Of a stretch of DNA of 64,000 bases, positions 28,789-39,371 are shown in pieces. A program made the translations under genes and the position numbers. The stretch spans positions 3,552,001-3,616,000 of the forward strand of contig OY970067.1 of the NCBI GenBank assembly GCA_963705305.1. The letters run 5' to 3'. The DNA comes from an uncultured Methylomirabilota bacterium. GTDB taxonomy: Bacteria; Methylomirabilota; Methylomirabilia; Methylomirabilales; 2-02-FULL-66-22. How positions within the stretch are numbered: the first letter of the stretch is position 1; each line of letters opens with the position of its first letter. Below the pieces are notes generated by a model that was not told the origin of the DNA, ran no database searches, and worked only from the letters and a program-made list of their open reading frames with translations.

Positions 28789-29886
28789 TTACCGCTCGCT
28801 GATCCTGAAAATGGCATCCAGGTTGTTGCCCAAGATCCTGTCCTTCTCGTCCGCGCTCAGGAATGGGCAGTATCGCCGGACGTAGTCCACCGACTGCGTG
28901 TAGGTGCAGAACCGCTCGACATTCGGCATATCCGAGCCCCAGATGAGCTTGGAGGCGCCGAACCTGTCCCGCATGTCCTTGATGAGCGCTCGCGCCTCGG
29001 GATAGGGATAGTCCCAGACGCCACCCCAGGTGATGGGGAACATAATTTCGAGCCACAGATTGTCGTGGCGGTACGTCGCCAGAACATCGTCTGGGAATTC
29101 CCACCTGCCCGAGACGGCGAAGTGGCCCACCGGCGGCCCCATGACCAACACCCACTGAATGTTCTTGAAGCGGGTCATGAGATCCAGGAGGCGCGCCATG
29201 TTCGCGATGTGGCTCGCCTTGTCGTAGTTCGGGATCACCGGCGCCTCTAGGAAGACCGGCAGCCGCCATCCGTCGATCGTGGACCAAAAAATGTCGAAAC
29301 AGCGGTCGTTGAACGCGAGGTCAAAGTTGTACCGGGCGAAGGTGTCGAGGCCGTAATAGACGCCCCGAAGATCGAGCGTGCCATAGGCGCGCTCGAGCTC
29401 TTTGAGCACGGGCTCCGTGTGGGCGCGGGGCTCCTCGATATTGAGGAGCGCCGTGAACTTGGCGGAATATTGGCGTTGCGCGAAGGCGTTGTAGTCGTTC
29501 ATCGCCCCGTACCCCCCTCCGGCCTGCAGGATGCAATGGTCGACTCGCGCGTAGGTCATCTGGGCGAGCATCAGCTCGGGCGGGGCCACGATCTCCTGCA
29601 TGCCGACGGGCATGTACTGAACGTAGTAGTCCGTGCCGTCGATCGTGAAGTCGAGCTGCCCGTAGCGGCCGACGCGAAAGGCGACCTCCGCGAGTCCGGC
29701 CCACGAATTATCCCCCTGGCGGAACAGCAGCGGACCCGTCACTTCCTTGCCGTCGCGGGCTCGGAATACCTTTGCCGCCGGCCGCGTCTGAGTCTTCTGC
29801 ATGAACTTGCGGTGGATCTCGCGGGATGGATGGCCGCACGCTCCCGCCCAATTCTGAAACACGTGCGCATGCGAGTCGATGATCAT
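28789..29886 (-). CDS. Amidohydrolase_2 family metal-dependent hydrolase
   Basis: IIDSHAH at the N-terminus, WGSDMP near the C-terminus. Confidence 0.85.
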   Translation of the reverse strand: MIIDSHAHVFQNWAGACGHPSREIHRKFMQKTQTRPAAKVFRARDGKEVTGPLLFRQGDNSWAGLAEVAFRVGRYGQLDFTIDGTDYYVQYMPVGMQEIVAPPELMLAQMTYARVDHCILQAGGGYGAMNDYNAFAQRQYSAKFTALLNIEEPRAHTEPVLKELERAYGTLDLRGVYYGLDTFARYNFDLAFNDRCFDIFWSTIDGWRLPVFLEAPVIPNYDKASHIANMARLLDLMTRFKNIQWVLVMGPPVGHFAVSGRWEFPDDVLATYRHDNLWLEIMFPITWGGVWDYPYPEARALIKDMRDRFGASKLIWGSDMPNVERFCTYTQSVDYVRRYCPFLSADEKDRILGNNLDAIFRISER

Positions 29887-29980
29887 GGGTGGCCTCTCCC
29901 AGGGGCGGCGCCGTCAGGCGAGCGCGCCGCGGCCGGTTCACGTCGAACACCACGATCCGGCCGCGGCGTCAGTCGCGTCG

Positions 29981-30502
29981 TCAGCCCAGTTTCTCGAGGT
30001 ACTCGTCGTAGAGCCGTTGCACCACGCCGTTGACGATCACGTAGGTGCTCCACATGTCGAGGAAGGTCTTCCACGCCACGTCGCCGTACCGGATCGCCCA
30101 CGTGTTCGGGCGCTTGTCGAAGGGGTGCTTCTCGTCGACGATGTGCGCCCAGCTGGCGTTGCGCTTCGCGAGCGCGATGGCGTCCAGGTCGCCCGTCACG
30201 TAGACGGTGGCGCGGCCGGTCCGCACCGGCTCGGCCGCCATGGCTTGCTGGCCGGCCACGGCGATCATTTTGGCTTTGGGAAAGAGCAGGGGCATTCGCT
30301 GCTCCTCGCTGGCGCCCGCGTTCACGGAAAAGGTGACATCCGGGCGATTCAGGTCCGCGACGGCCTTGAACTTCTTGGCGTCCTCCTTGCGGACGATGGC
30401 CAGGCTCCCCTTCGACCAGAGCGGGCCGATGTAGTTGCAGACGAGCCCCCGCGGCACCGTATACAGGAAATGCCGCCTCCCCCAATTCAGCTTACCGTCC
30501 AT
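29981..30502 (-). pseudogene. Polar amino-acid ABC substrate-binding protein, internally deleted
   Basis: Leader MDGKLNWGRRHFL joined directly to a mid-domain SBP family 3-like sequence; only ~170 aa. Confidence 0.65.
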
Positions 30503-30595
30503 GGCTGCCCCTCCTTCCCTGTTGATGGCTCCAGTCCGCAGCATCGGCCACGAAGGCACGCGAACTCCGGCCCCCCCGACCGCTTCCTCCGCATC

Positions 30596-31273
30596 TCACA
30601 CCAACCCTGCGAGTCCAAATCTGCTCCGGAAGTGATCGGAGGCCCACTTCGCCAGCATCGAGATCAGGAAGATCACGGCGAAATAGAGGAACGCCGCCGA
30701 CGTCAGGATCTCGATGGGCCCAAACTACATGTTCACGATCTTCAGCGCCTCGTACATCAGGTCCGGAATGGCGATGACCGAGACCAGTGTCGATGACTTG
30801 ATGACGACGGTCATCTGGTTGACGATCGATGGAGCCATCACCAGCACCACCTGCGGCATCACGATGCGTCGCATGATCTGGAAGTGGCTCATCCCGACAG
30901 CCGATCCCGCCTCGCGCTGCCCCTTCGACAGCCCCTCGATGCCCGGGCGGAATGTCTCGGCTAGATAGCCGCTTGACTGCAGGGCGAGGGCGATCACGCC
31001 CGCACCCACGACGCTCTTGGGAAACCCGAAAACGGTCGGCCAGACGTAATTGACCCACAGCAGCTGGACGAAGATGGGCGTGGCGCGACAGAACTCGATG
31101 TACCCGATCGCCGCGAACCGGAGAAACGGCACATACAGTCGGACCAGACAGGCGATCAAGCCGAGGACGATCGCCAGCAGGAAGACCAGAAAGCACACAT
31201 ACCCGGTGACGGACAGGCCGGACAGGAGGATATTGAGGTTTGCCAGGACCAGCCGATGAAAATTGACCAGCAT
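30596..31273 (-). pseudogene. Polar amino-acid ABC permease with a premature TAG (30725-30727)
   Basis: YIEFCRATPIFVQL, AETFRPGIE...QREAG; the frame continues FGPIEILTSAAFLYF after the stop. Confidence 0.8.
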
Positions 31274-31282
31274 CGTCCCGCC

Positions 31283-31915
31283 TCACGCCCAGCCGCGCTG
31301 CCGCCAGCGATCCGAGAGCCGCTGGATGAGCTGCGCCGCGATGACGATGATCGCGCAGAAGAGGAGCGCGGCGCCCGTGTAAAGCGGCAGCGGCCGCATC
31401 TCGTACACCGTGATCATGGATACTTTGCACATGAGATTCTGGACGGCAATCAGAGAGACGAACGTCGTGGCCTTGAACAGCGCGACGAACTGGTTGAGGG
31501 CCTCCGGCAGCATGCGACGGACCGCTTGCGGGGCGACGATCCTCCGCATGATCGTCCACCTGGACATGCCGAGCGACATGGCGGCTTCGACGTGCTCGTG
31601 CGGGACGGACAGAATGCCGGCGCGCACCGTCTCGGACACGAACCCGCTGTAGGCGGTTCCAAGCGCGAGGATCGCCGCCGCATACGGGCTGACTGAAGTT
31701 CGTCGCCAGAAGCCGGCTGATGATGACGGGGAGGACGTAGTATACCTAGATCAGGAGGACATATTCGGGGGTGTTGCGGAAGAGCTCGGCGTATCCCGTG
31801 GACAGCGCGCGCACCGGCCACCGCCCGCTCAGCCTGGCGATGCCGATTGCGGACGCCAGAACCGTCGAGAGCAGCGCCCCCCCAGAAAGATGTAGATGTT
31901 CTGCAGGAGGCCGCT
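31283..31915 (-). pseudogene. Second polar amino-acid ABC permease, with a stop, a frameshift and a 5' deletion
   Basis: YAELFRNTPEYVLLI*VYY (TAG 31746-31748); SETVRAGILSVP...EAAMSLG in another frame. Confidence 0.75.
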
Positions 31916-32405
31916 CAGCAGGATGATGCGGTCCGCCACCTCGCGCGCGAAGCCCATCTCATGGGTCACCACCAGCATGATTGACCTTGCTCAAGAAGTG
32001 GCGCCCGAGCTCCGTCGCCTCCTTCCGGCCAAGGCGCTTCACGCGCAGGGGAGCCTCGATAACGTTTTCGAGGGTGGTCATGTGGGGCCAGAGGTTGAAT
32101 TGCTGGAAGACCATGCCCAGCTCGGCTCGCATTCGATGGATGTTGGCGGGCTTGTCCGGCATGCGCCGGCCATCCGGCCCGATGCGAAAGCCGATCGGCT
32201 TCCCGTCGAGGTAGATCTCGCCGGAGGTCGGCTGCTCCAGGTGGTTCAGGCAGCGCAGGAGCATGCTCTTGCCGGATCCGCTGGCGCCGATGATCGTGAG
32301 GACGGAGCCCTCTGGCACATCGAAGGTAATGCCGCGCAGCACCTCGAGCGGGCCGAACGATTTGCGTAACTCAACGACACGGATGATCGGGTCCACGCTC
32401 GCCAT
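31915..32405 (-). pseudogene. Polar amino-acid ABC ATP-binding protein (GlnQ-like), internally deleted
   Basis: GASGSGKS and MVFQQFNLWPH present; signature and Walker B missing; MLVVTHEMGFAREVADR follows out of frame. Confidence 0.8.
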
Positions 32406-32672
32406 TCAGGAGGTGAGAGGATGATCGGCGGTAGGTCTCTGGGTTTCGACGATGCCGTGTGTCCGCCCAGCCAGCCGTGGTGGAACTTCTCGGAGCGACA
32501 CCCGACGTTCGATCTCGGCCCCCTGCCCTTAAACCCATGAAAAGGTTACCCTTCTCGCGGATCGGTGTCAAGGCCGAGAATCGGGCTCCCGGCCGGGGCA
32601 TTCCCCGGCGCGCGGGCGGGGGACGGCCGGGCATTCTCGGCTCCGGCGTTCCTGGAACGGGGGTGATTGGGA

Positions 32673-32701
32673 TTGACACCACGCGCATCCCCCGATACGC
32701 T
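32673..32701 (+). promoter_or_regulatory. Sigma70-type promoter
   Basis: TTGACA - 17 bp - TACGCT, about 60 bp upstream of ATG 32759. Confidence 0.55.
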
Positions 32702-32758
32702 CCCGTCCAGAACCAGGGGGTGAAGGAGTCAGGGTGAAATGTGCGCTCGGAGGTGAGC

Positions 32759-33796
32759 ATGGGTACCGAGTTCTCTCGCCGCATCTTTCTGAAGACCACT
32801 GCGCTGGCGGTTGGCGGCGCAGCCGTCCCCGAGGTGCCGGTGCGCGCCCAGCAGCCGGTTCGCGATATGGCGCAGGGCGCCCCCGCTTCCCGGCCGCCGG
32901 AGCGGGACATCGAATTCCGGACGGTGGGAATCATGAGTCCGGGCGATATGGGCTCGGCCGTAGGCCAGACATTGGCCGCGCACGGCTTGAGGGTCATTGC
33001 GGCGCTGGGGGAGCGCAGCGCCCGCACGCGCGCGCTGGCCGCCGAGGCCGGCATCGCCGACGTGGGCACGCTGGAGACCCTCGTGCGCGAGGCCGATCTG
33101 GTGATGTCCATCCTGGTGCCGGACGCGGCGGTGGAGGCGGCGCGGCGTGTGGCCGAAGCCATGAAGAGCGCAGGGGCCACCCCCCTGTATGCGGATTGCA
33201 ATTCCATCGCCGTTCAATCCTCCCGGACGATTGGCGAGATTATGCATGCCATCGGGGCGCCCTATGCCGAAGCCTCGATCATCGGCGCGCCGCCGCGCGT
33301 GCCGAACAAGACCCGCATCTATACCTCGGGCCCCCATGCGCAAGAGTTCGCCCAGCTGAACCGGTTCGGGCTGGATGTGCGCGTCATCGGGCCGGAGGAG
33401 GGCAAGGCCAAAGCCATCAAGATCTGCTATTCCACCGTCACCAAGGGCACCCAGGCGCTCTGCACGGAATCGCTCGTCTCGGCAAAGCGGCTGGGCGTGT
33501 TCGGCGTATTGATGACCGAGCTCGAAACCAGCCAGCAGGGCCTGCTCGCGTTTGCGCAGAGTGGCCTCCAGCAGATGCCCCCCAAGGCCCATCGCTGGGT
33601 CGGCGAGATGCACGAACTCGCCGCAACCTATCAGGATTTGGGCCTCACCCCCCGGATGCTGGCTGGAGCCGCGGACATGTATCGGGACGTGAGCCAGACA
33701 GCGCTGGGCCGGGAGTCTCCCGAAGGCCAGCGCCAAATGCACCGCTCTTTCGATGAGTTCATCGCCATGCTCGAGCGAGACATGCCGCACCGCTGA
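32759..33796 (+). CDS. NAD(P)-dependent oxidoreductase (6PGD/3-hydroxyisobutyrate-like, DUF1932) with a twin-arginine leader
   Basis: VGIMSPGDMG, YADCNSI, KICYSTVTKG, KAHRWVGEMHE; N-terminus SRRIFLK...VRA. Confidence 0.85.
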   Translation: MGTEFSRRIFLKTTALAVGGAAVPEVPVRAQQPVRDMAQGAPASRPPERDIEFRTVGIMSPGDMGSAVGQTLAAHGLRVIAALGERSARTRALAAEAGIADVGTLETLVREADLVMSILVPDAAVEAARRVAEAMKSAGATPLYADCNSIAVQSSRTIGEIMHAIGAPYAEASIIGAPPRVPNKTRIYTSGPHAQEFAQLNRFGLDVRVIGPEEGKAKAIKICYSTVTKGTQALCTESLVSAKRLGVFGVLMTELETSQQGLLAFAQSGLQQMPPKAHRWVGEMHELAATYQDLGLTPRMLAGAADMYRDVSQTALGRESPEGQRQMHRSFDEFIAMLERDMPHR

Positions 33797-33948
33797 CGTT
33801 CCGGCGGCCCGTTACCCCGGCCTGTTGGTGCCCGGCCCTGCGGCGGCGATTCGCTCGTGAATCACATTGACGGCGCTGCGCGACCGTGCTAGGAAACAGG
33901 CCTCCGGCTTCGGGGCTGCGCAGTCGAAAGGCGACGGAGGCTCAGGGC

Positions 33949-34773
33949 ATGACCATCGTGGCGATTTCCCGGGAGATGGGGAGCGGGGGCTACGAGATCG
34001 GCGCCGCCGTCGCGAAGGCGCTGCACTTCGAGTACGTGGATCGGCAGATCCTCCTGCAGGCCGCGCAGACCTACGGGGTGCCGGAGGCCAAGCTAGTCGA
34101 CGCGGTGGCGCGCCGGTTCTCAGTCTGGGAGCGCGTGGATGCCGAGCGGCGCTGTTACCTCACCTTCATGGAGGCGGCCTACTTCGCCTTTGCAGAGCGG
34201 GGGAATCTGGTCACGGCTAGTCGCAGCGGCCCGTTCTTCGTCCGGGACGTCAGCCACGCCTTCAAAGTGCGAATCACGGCCCCTGTCGAGGTGCGCGTGC
34301 AGCGGATCATGGGGCAGGAGCGGCTGGACCACAAGGCCGCCACGGCCAAGGTGCGCGCCTATGATCGGGAGATGGCCGGGCGCATCGACTACCTATTTGG
34401 AGTGGACTGGACGCTTCCCGAGAACTACGACCTGGTGCTCAACACCCGCGACGGCGCCTGGGACTTCTACACCGACTTCCTGGCGACGGCGGCCCGCCAT
34501 CCGCGGTACCAGCCCACGCTGGACTCACTGCAGCGGATCAGCGACCTCAGCCTGGCGGCGCGGGCGCGCGCGGCCATCGCCGCAGATCCGGAAACCCAGG
34601 ATCTCACGGTCAAGGTGACCGCCCGGACCGGCCACGTGGTGCTGCAAGCCGTCGTGTTCAGTCCGGCCGAGCTCGAGACGGCCGCTGCGGTGGCGAAGCG
34701 GGTGCCGGGGGTGGCGGCCGTCTCCTGCGAGGGGGAGGCGGTTCCCCGGGTGTACCCGGGTCCGATCATGTAA
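33949..34773 (+). CDS. Cytidylate kinase-like family protein with a C-terminal BON domain
   Basis: ISREMGSGG P-loop, YDLVLNT, BON-like VKVTARTGHVVL...VPGV. Confidence 0.82.
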   Translation: MTIVAISREMGSGGYEIGAAVAKALHFEYVDRQILLQAAQTYGVPEAKLVDAVARRFSVWERVDAERRCYLTFMEAAYFAFAERGNLVTASRSGPFFVRDVSHAFKVRITAPVEVRVQRIMGQERLDHKAATAKVRAYDREMAGRIDYLFGVDWTLPENYDLVLNTRDGAWDFYTDFLATAARHPRYQPTLDSLQRISDLSLAARARAAIAADPETQDLTVKVTARTGHVVLQAVVFSPAELETAAAVAKRVPGVAAVSCEGEAVPRVYPGPIM

Positions 34774-35068
34774 CCCAGACCGGGGCAGCGCCGCGGCGGA
34801 AGGCGCACCGGACGCCGCCAGCATTCCGTCGGTGATAGTCATCCAGGAATCCGACGGCCGCGGTCCGCGCATGCCGGCGCAGGCGCAGGCTGGCCCAACG
34901 ATTCTGATCGGGATAGAGCGGGTGGATGACGCAGTCTGCAGGGCCCCGTGACGGGGAAAGTCGAAGGGATATCGCGACCAGAGTTCGCATCGCCCGGGCA
35001 CCCGGCGCCCCCGAGGGAGACCCGGCGCCGGACCGGGCCGCCGCGTCGCGGCGGCGCGGACCGAGGCC

Positions 35069-36211
35069 GTGGTGAGGTCAACCGGGCCCCATCGTTTTCA
35101 TGCCGCCCTGCGGGTGACGAACGCCGCCAGCTTCCTCTTCAACTCTTCGAGCGCGCTCTTCCTCCTGTTCCCCGTCTACCTCCAGCGGCTGGGCGGGTCC
35201 CCCGCGCAGATTGGCCTGGTGGCTGGCCTCCTGCGGGCCGGCTCGCTGATCGCCCGCCCGGTGGGGGGCCGGCTGCTGGATCGCATCGGCCGGCGCCTGG
35301 TGATCGGGGCGGGGACGCTCCTGGCGCTTCTGGGCATCCTGTCCCTGTTCATGTTCCCGCGCCTCGGCGCGATCTTTTTTGCCTGGCGCGTCCTGCAAGG
35401 GATGGGAACCTCCTGCATCGACTCCGGCCTGGGCGCTGTGGTAGCGGACCTGAGTCCGCCGGGAGCGCGTGTCCAGGTGTACGCCTTCTACACCGTCTCC
35501 ATCAACCTGGCATCTGCCCTCATGCCCGGCCTGGGGGAGGCCATCGTCCGCCGGGCCGGCTTCTTCCCGTTGTTCGGTGTCGCCGGTCTCGCGCTGGCCG
35601 CATGCTTCTTCCTGGTCCTGCGGCTGCCGGAAACGGCCCGGCCGCACGCCGAGCGGCCGGTGTCCCACCAGGGGATCCTGCCCGAGTCGGGTCCGCTCCT
35701 GCTGGGGAGCGTGCTGATCGGCTGGGGCTTCGGCACGCTGTCGACGTTCGTCCCCGTGGTGCGGATCGCCGCCGCGCCGGGGCGGGTCGGCCTGTTCTTC
35801 TTCGCCTACTTCGTCGGGCTGGTGGTGGTGCGCCTGGCAGGGGGGCTCGGGATGAGCCGACTGGTGCAGCCGGCGATGCTCTTGCCCGCGTACGGGGTCT
35901 TGGCCGCCGGCCTGGCGGCGCTGCCGCTCGGCCGCGGGGTGTTCCGCCTGATTCTGGTCGGCCTCGTCTGCGGCGCGGCGCACGGGGTCGTCATGCCGGT
36001 GCTGTTTGCCCTCCTGTTGATCGGCCTGTCGCGCGATCGTCGCGGGTGGGCCGTGGCGCTCTTCTCGGCGGCCTACGACCTGGGCGTGGTCCTGGCTTCC
36101 GTGGGCTTGGGTGCGATCGCGGAGTGGATCGGCTATCGCGGCATCTTCGGGGTCGCGGCGGCCGTTCTGATCCTGGGGGCGGGCGCGGCCCACATGTGGG
36201 GACACCGATGA
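35069..36211 (+). CDS. MFS transporter
   Basis: About 12 TM segments, motif A GRLLDRIGRR. Confidence 0.88.
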   Translation: MVRSTGPHRFHAALRVTNAASFLFNSSSALFLLFPVYLQRLGGSPAQIGLVAGLLRAGSLIARPVGGRLLDRIGRRLVIGAGTLLALLGILSLFMFPRLGAIFFAWRVLQGMGTSCIDSGLGAVVADLSPPGARVQVYAFYTVSINLASALMPGLGEAIVRRAGFFPLFGVAGLALAACFFLVLRLPETARPHAERPVSHQGILPESGPLLLGSVLIGWGFGTLSTFVPVVRIAAAPGRVGLFFFAYFVGLVVVRLAGGLGMSRLVQPAMLLPAYGVLAAGLAALPLGRGVFRLILVGLVCGAAHGVVMPVLFALLLIGLSRDRRGWAVALFSAAYDLGVVLASVGLGAIAEWIGYRGIFGVAAAVLILGAGAAHMWGHR

Positions 36212-36313
36212 GGGCCATGCGGGATCGCCAGCCGAGGCGGCCTACCGGCTGACCTTCTAGAACGGGACCGGCATCGTGGTCCAGGGCTACGACGATCTCG
36301 GCGACGCCGTTCG

Positions 36314-36716
36314 CTACCCGGGGTATGGCGGGATGGTCACCATCTCCCTGGTCAGCGAGGCCTGCCCCGTGGCGGCCCAACTCAAGATGGTGTGACCGGC
36401 CCAGGGGTAGGCATCGCCCTTGAGGCGGTTGGTCGTCCATTGGAGCGGCTGCAAGTTCACGAGGTCATCGGTCCCGCCCAGAGCTACCGGCCGGATGTGG
36501 TCGATCTCCCAACCGAGCTGGGACGAGGTGTCCCCGTACCGGAGGAGCGAGATGATCTCGCCGCAGCTGTCCTCGCAAAAAAAAGCGGTAGCCGTGCCGC
36601 TCGGAGATCGGACGGCCTTTCTGCCATACCTGCTCGATCAGGTCCTCGGCAAAGGGTCGGCCCTGGCAGTCGGTGTTGAAGGCGCGTCTCATGCTCCTCC
36701 CCGCTCTTTCGCTCAT
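36314..36716 (-). pseudogene. HNH endonuclease with a frameshift in a T8 tract (36577-36584)
   Basis: Removing one T joins ...IEQVWQKG...YRFF to CEDSCGEII...GWEIDHIRPVALGGTDDLVNLQPLQWTTNRLK. Confidence 0.78.
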
Positions 36717-36745
36717 CGTGCTCCCGCCTCGGCCACGGTTGCCCT

Positions 36746-37024
36746 TTAGAGTGCCGGGCTGTTCCGCTCGAAGGACGTCGCCAGGATCCGGCGCAGCTGG
36801 GCCACGGCGGCCTCGTCGGGAATCGCGCGCACAATCACCCGGACCGTGAACCCGCAATGCCGGCAGCGCTTGTACCGGTAGACCCATCGTACAGTGTCGT
36901 GCGACGTCCCGATTTCTTCCATGTCCGAATAGCAGCAGGGCTTGGGCCGGGCGGGGGAGATGATACGCCTCGGGTACAGGTTCTGGGGTTTCTTCCGATC
37001 CGTGTACTCGACGATCGTGGCCAT
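36746..37024 (-). CDS. Small CC...CxxC (Zn-ribbon-like) hypothetical protein, paralog 1
   Basis: 92 aa; aligns end to end with 47849-48127. Confidence 0.8.
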   Translation of the reverse strand: MATIVEYTDRKKPQNLYPRRIISPARPKPCCYSDMEEIGTSHDTVRWVYRYKRCRHCGFTVRVIVRAIPDEAAVAQLRRILATSFERNSPAL

Positions 37025-37151
37025 GGGCTGCCCCCGATATGGATGGTGCGAGTGAACTCGTTGCCTGAAACCTAGCCGTGCGCTGGGCGGTCGCCGGGCC
37101 TGCTCGGCGTCCGGGAAGAGCCGCAGCCTTGGACCCCACCGTCGGGGCCGC

Positions 37152-37625
37152 TCACCCGGCCTCCGCCCCTGTTCCGCTCTGTGGCAGGTCCCGTTCCGCC
37201 TCGCGTCCCCGTCGCCGGGGGAGATTGGAGTTCTCGGCGGCGGCGCGGTCCCGCGTCAGCAGGCCAATCACCCCCTGCAGCTCGGCCAGCGCGCACGGCT
37301 TCCCCAGGATCGCGTCCACGGATGTGCGTTCCAGCTGGTCGGGTGGAATGGTCTGCGCGGCCCCGGTCACGAGGACCACCGGAAGGTGCGGATGCATGGC
37401 TTTCGCGAGCCGGGCCACATCCCACCCCGTGACCCCCGGCATCTCGAGGTCCGTCATCACCAGGTCCACCGGCTGCTGCCGGAGGAGCGCGAGCCCGGTG
37501 GGACCGCTCTCAGCCTCGGCCACCGTGTGGCCGAGGAATCGGAGCAGGTATCCGATGGTGCTGCGGTAGGAGGGGTCGTCGTCGATGACAAGGAGGCGTC
37601 GGGGCGTCGGTCTGGCCTCTCTCAT
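37152..37625 (-). CDS. Single-domain response regulator (receiver)
   Basis: LLVIDDD, DLVMTDLEMPG, LVTG, GKP. Confidence 0.88.
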   Translation of the reverse strand: MREARPTPRRLLVIDDDPSYRSTIGYLLRFLGHTVAEAESGPTGLALLRQQPVDLVMTDLEMPGVTGWDVARLAKAMHPHLPVVLVTGAAQTIPPDQLERTSVDAILGKPCALAELQGVIGLLTRDRAAAENSNLPRRRGREAERDLPQSGTGAEAG

Positions 37626-38103
37626 GGCGTCCTCCGTTGCGGGGCTCGGGGCGGAGCTTTTCTGGGGACACGATTCCGCTGACACGTCCGGGCCGCCGGG
37701 ACGGGGAAGCGCGCCCCGCGGGACCGCGCCGGTCGCCGGCGGGCTCGGTGCTTCTTAGCGGCTTTCGGCGCTAGCGCTCCTCCTGATCCGGGTGGCCAGC
37801 CTTCCGAATGCCTTGATTCTGTCCTGTCTGCGTTCAGTGGGGAGGAGGAGATCGCCCCTTCTGGCCCTAGGGGAAGCCCCCCTTTGGCCACGACCTCCCT
37901 ACGTTCCGTGCGTCTTCGACAGAAGCAACTGCTCAGCTGTCTTGCGCGCGAGGAGGTGTCCTAGATCCCCATGGCAGGGGAGAGTCTGGACGAGATCGGA
38001 ACAAAGGGAGAATACCCAGTGCGGGATGGGGTGTCTGTTCAATTTTGCACACATTCGGGGAGAATCGGAGGAGGGACCGCCCGGCGGCGGGCTGTGGCGG
38101 CCG

Positions 38104-38811
38104 TCAGTCGTGCAGGATGACGTTCAGGAGCCCGCTGTGGACCTCCAGCCCGCCGTTGTAGTCGATGAACCCCAGCTTGCGGAACTTGTTCATGAAGGCG
38201 CTGACCCGTGCGCGGGTGGTGCCGATCATGTCCGCGAGAGTCTCCTGGCTGACCTGCGGCAGGATCGTCTCCGGCCGCCCCTCCTTGCCGAAATTGGCCA
38301 GCAGGAGCAGCGCCCGCGCCAGCCGCTTCTCCGCCGAATTGAACAGCTGGTCCACCAGATCCTCTTCAATGCGGACGTTGCGGGCGAGCAGGTGGGTGAT
38401 GAACCGGGCGGCGAAGGCGGGCTCGGTGTGGAGCACCTGCACCATGGCCGCCTTCTCGATCCGCAGGATGGCGCAGGGCGTCAGCGTGGTGGCGGTCGCC
38501 ATCCGCAGCGGCTGCACGACCAGGCAGCCCTCCCCGAAGAAGGCGCCTTCGTCCAGCAGGGCCACGACCGCCTCCTTGCCGTGCCGGGAGACGACCGTCA
38601 GCTTGATTTTCCCCTTCTGGAGGAAGAACACGGCATCCGCCGCATCCCCTTGCGCAAAGACGACCTCGTTCTTGCGGTACTCGAGGCTCGTGCGGCCCTC
38701 CCCGACCCTGGCCAGGAAGGCCGCCGGATCGAACGGCCCGGGGGTCGGCGTCGGCCCCCGGCCCCGGGCGCGCTGCGGGGTTCGGCCCGTCGGCTTCGTC
38801 TGGGGACTCAT
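38104..38811 (-). CDS. Crp/Fnr family transcriptional regulator
   Basis: cNMP domain FFGEGCL, SAEKRLAR, HTH SQETLADMIGTTRARVS. Confidence 0.92.
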   Translation of the reverse strand: MSPQTKPTGRTPQRARGRGPTPTPGPFDPAAFLARVGEGRTSLEYRKNEVVFAQGDAADAVFFLQKGKIKLTVVSRHGKEAVVALLDEGAFFGEGCLVVQPLRMATATTLTPCAILRIEKAAMVQVLHTEPAFAARFITHLLARNVRIEEDLVDQLFNSAEKRLARALLLLANFGKEGRPETILPQVSQETLADMIGTTRARVSAFMNKFRKLGFIDYNGGLEVHSGLLNVILHD

Positions 38812-39010
38812 GAGACGCCTCCCGCGCCCGACCCGGAGACCGGCGGGTGTTGTCTCGCCTCCAGCTCCTCCGCGCGGTGCCGGCCGGATAGATGCAACAA
38901 GGAATCGGGTCGCCCATGCCACCCGCCACCGGCGACAGAAGGGGAGCGTTGCAAAAAAAATCCTACCGAAGGCAGGGGCCGCCTGTCAAGCGGATTCACC
39001 GGCGCTGGTC

Positions 39011-39371
39011 TGTAGAGTAAACAGACATGGGTGACACTTCTTGGACCCTGCGGTAGAACAGGGTTGCCCAACCAGGAAGGAGGTCACCCATGTCGATGCC
39101 GATTCTCACCCCAGAGCAGCAGATCCGTCAACGGTACGCCTGGTTCGAGGAGGCCGAACGGGTGGGGAATATGAGCCTCGCCTGTAAACGCCTCGGGATC
39201 GCGCGGAAGACCTACTACAAGTGGCGCAGCCGCTTCGCTGAAGCCCGGGGCGATCGGCGGGCCCTCCTGGACCGCTCCCGCCGCCCCCATCGGCCCCGGC
39301 ACCGCTTCGGACGGTTCCCCGCAACGTCTCCGCTGAGAATATGTTGTCACGGCATGTCTAAGCCACTTACA
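39011..39371 (+). mobile_element. Internally deleted IS481-family element retaining both ends and the HTH part of the transposase
   Basis: Ends TGTAGAGTAAACAGACATGGGTGACA and (reverse complement) TGTAAGTGGCTTAGACATGCCGTGACA; ORF at 39090 ACKRLGIARKTYYKWRSRF...LLDRSRRPH. Confidence 0.8.

Noticed and set aside
30596..31915. Pyrrolysine or TAG recoding in the two ABC permeases
   Set aside because: The stops fall at probable Trp codons, and the same operon has frameshifts and deletions; decay is the simpler explanation.
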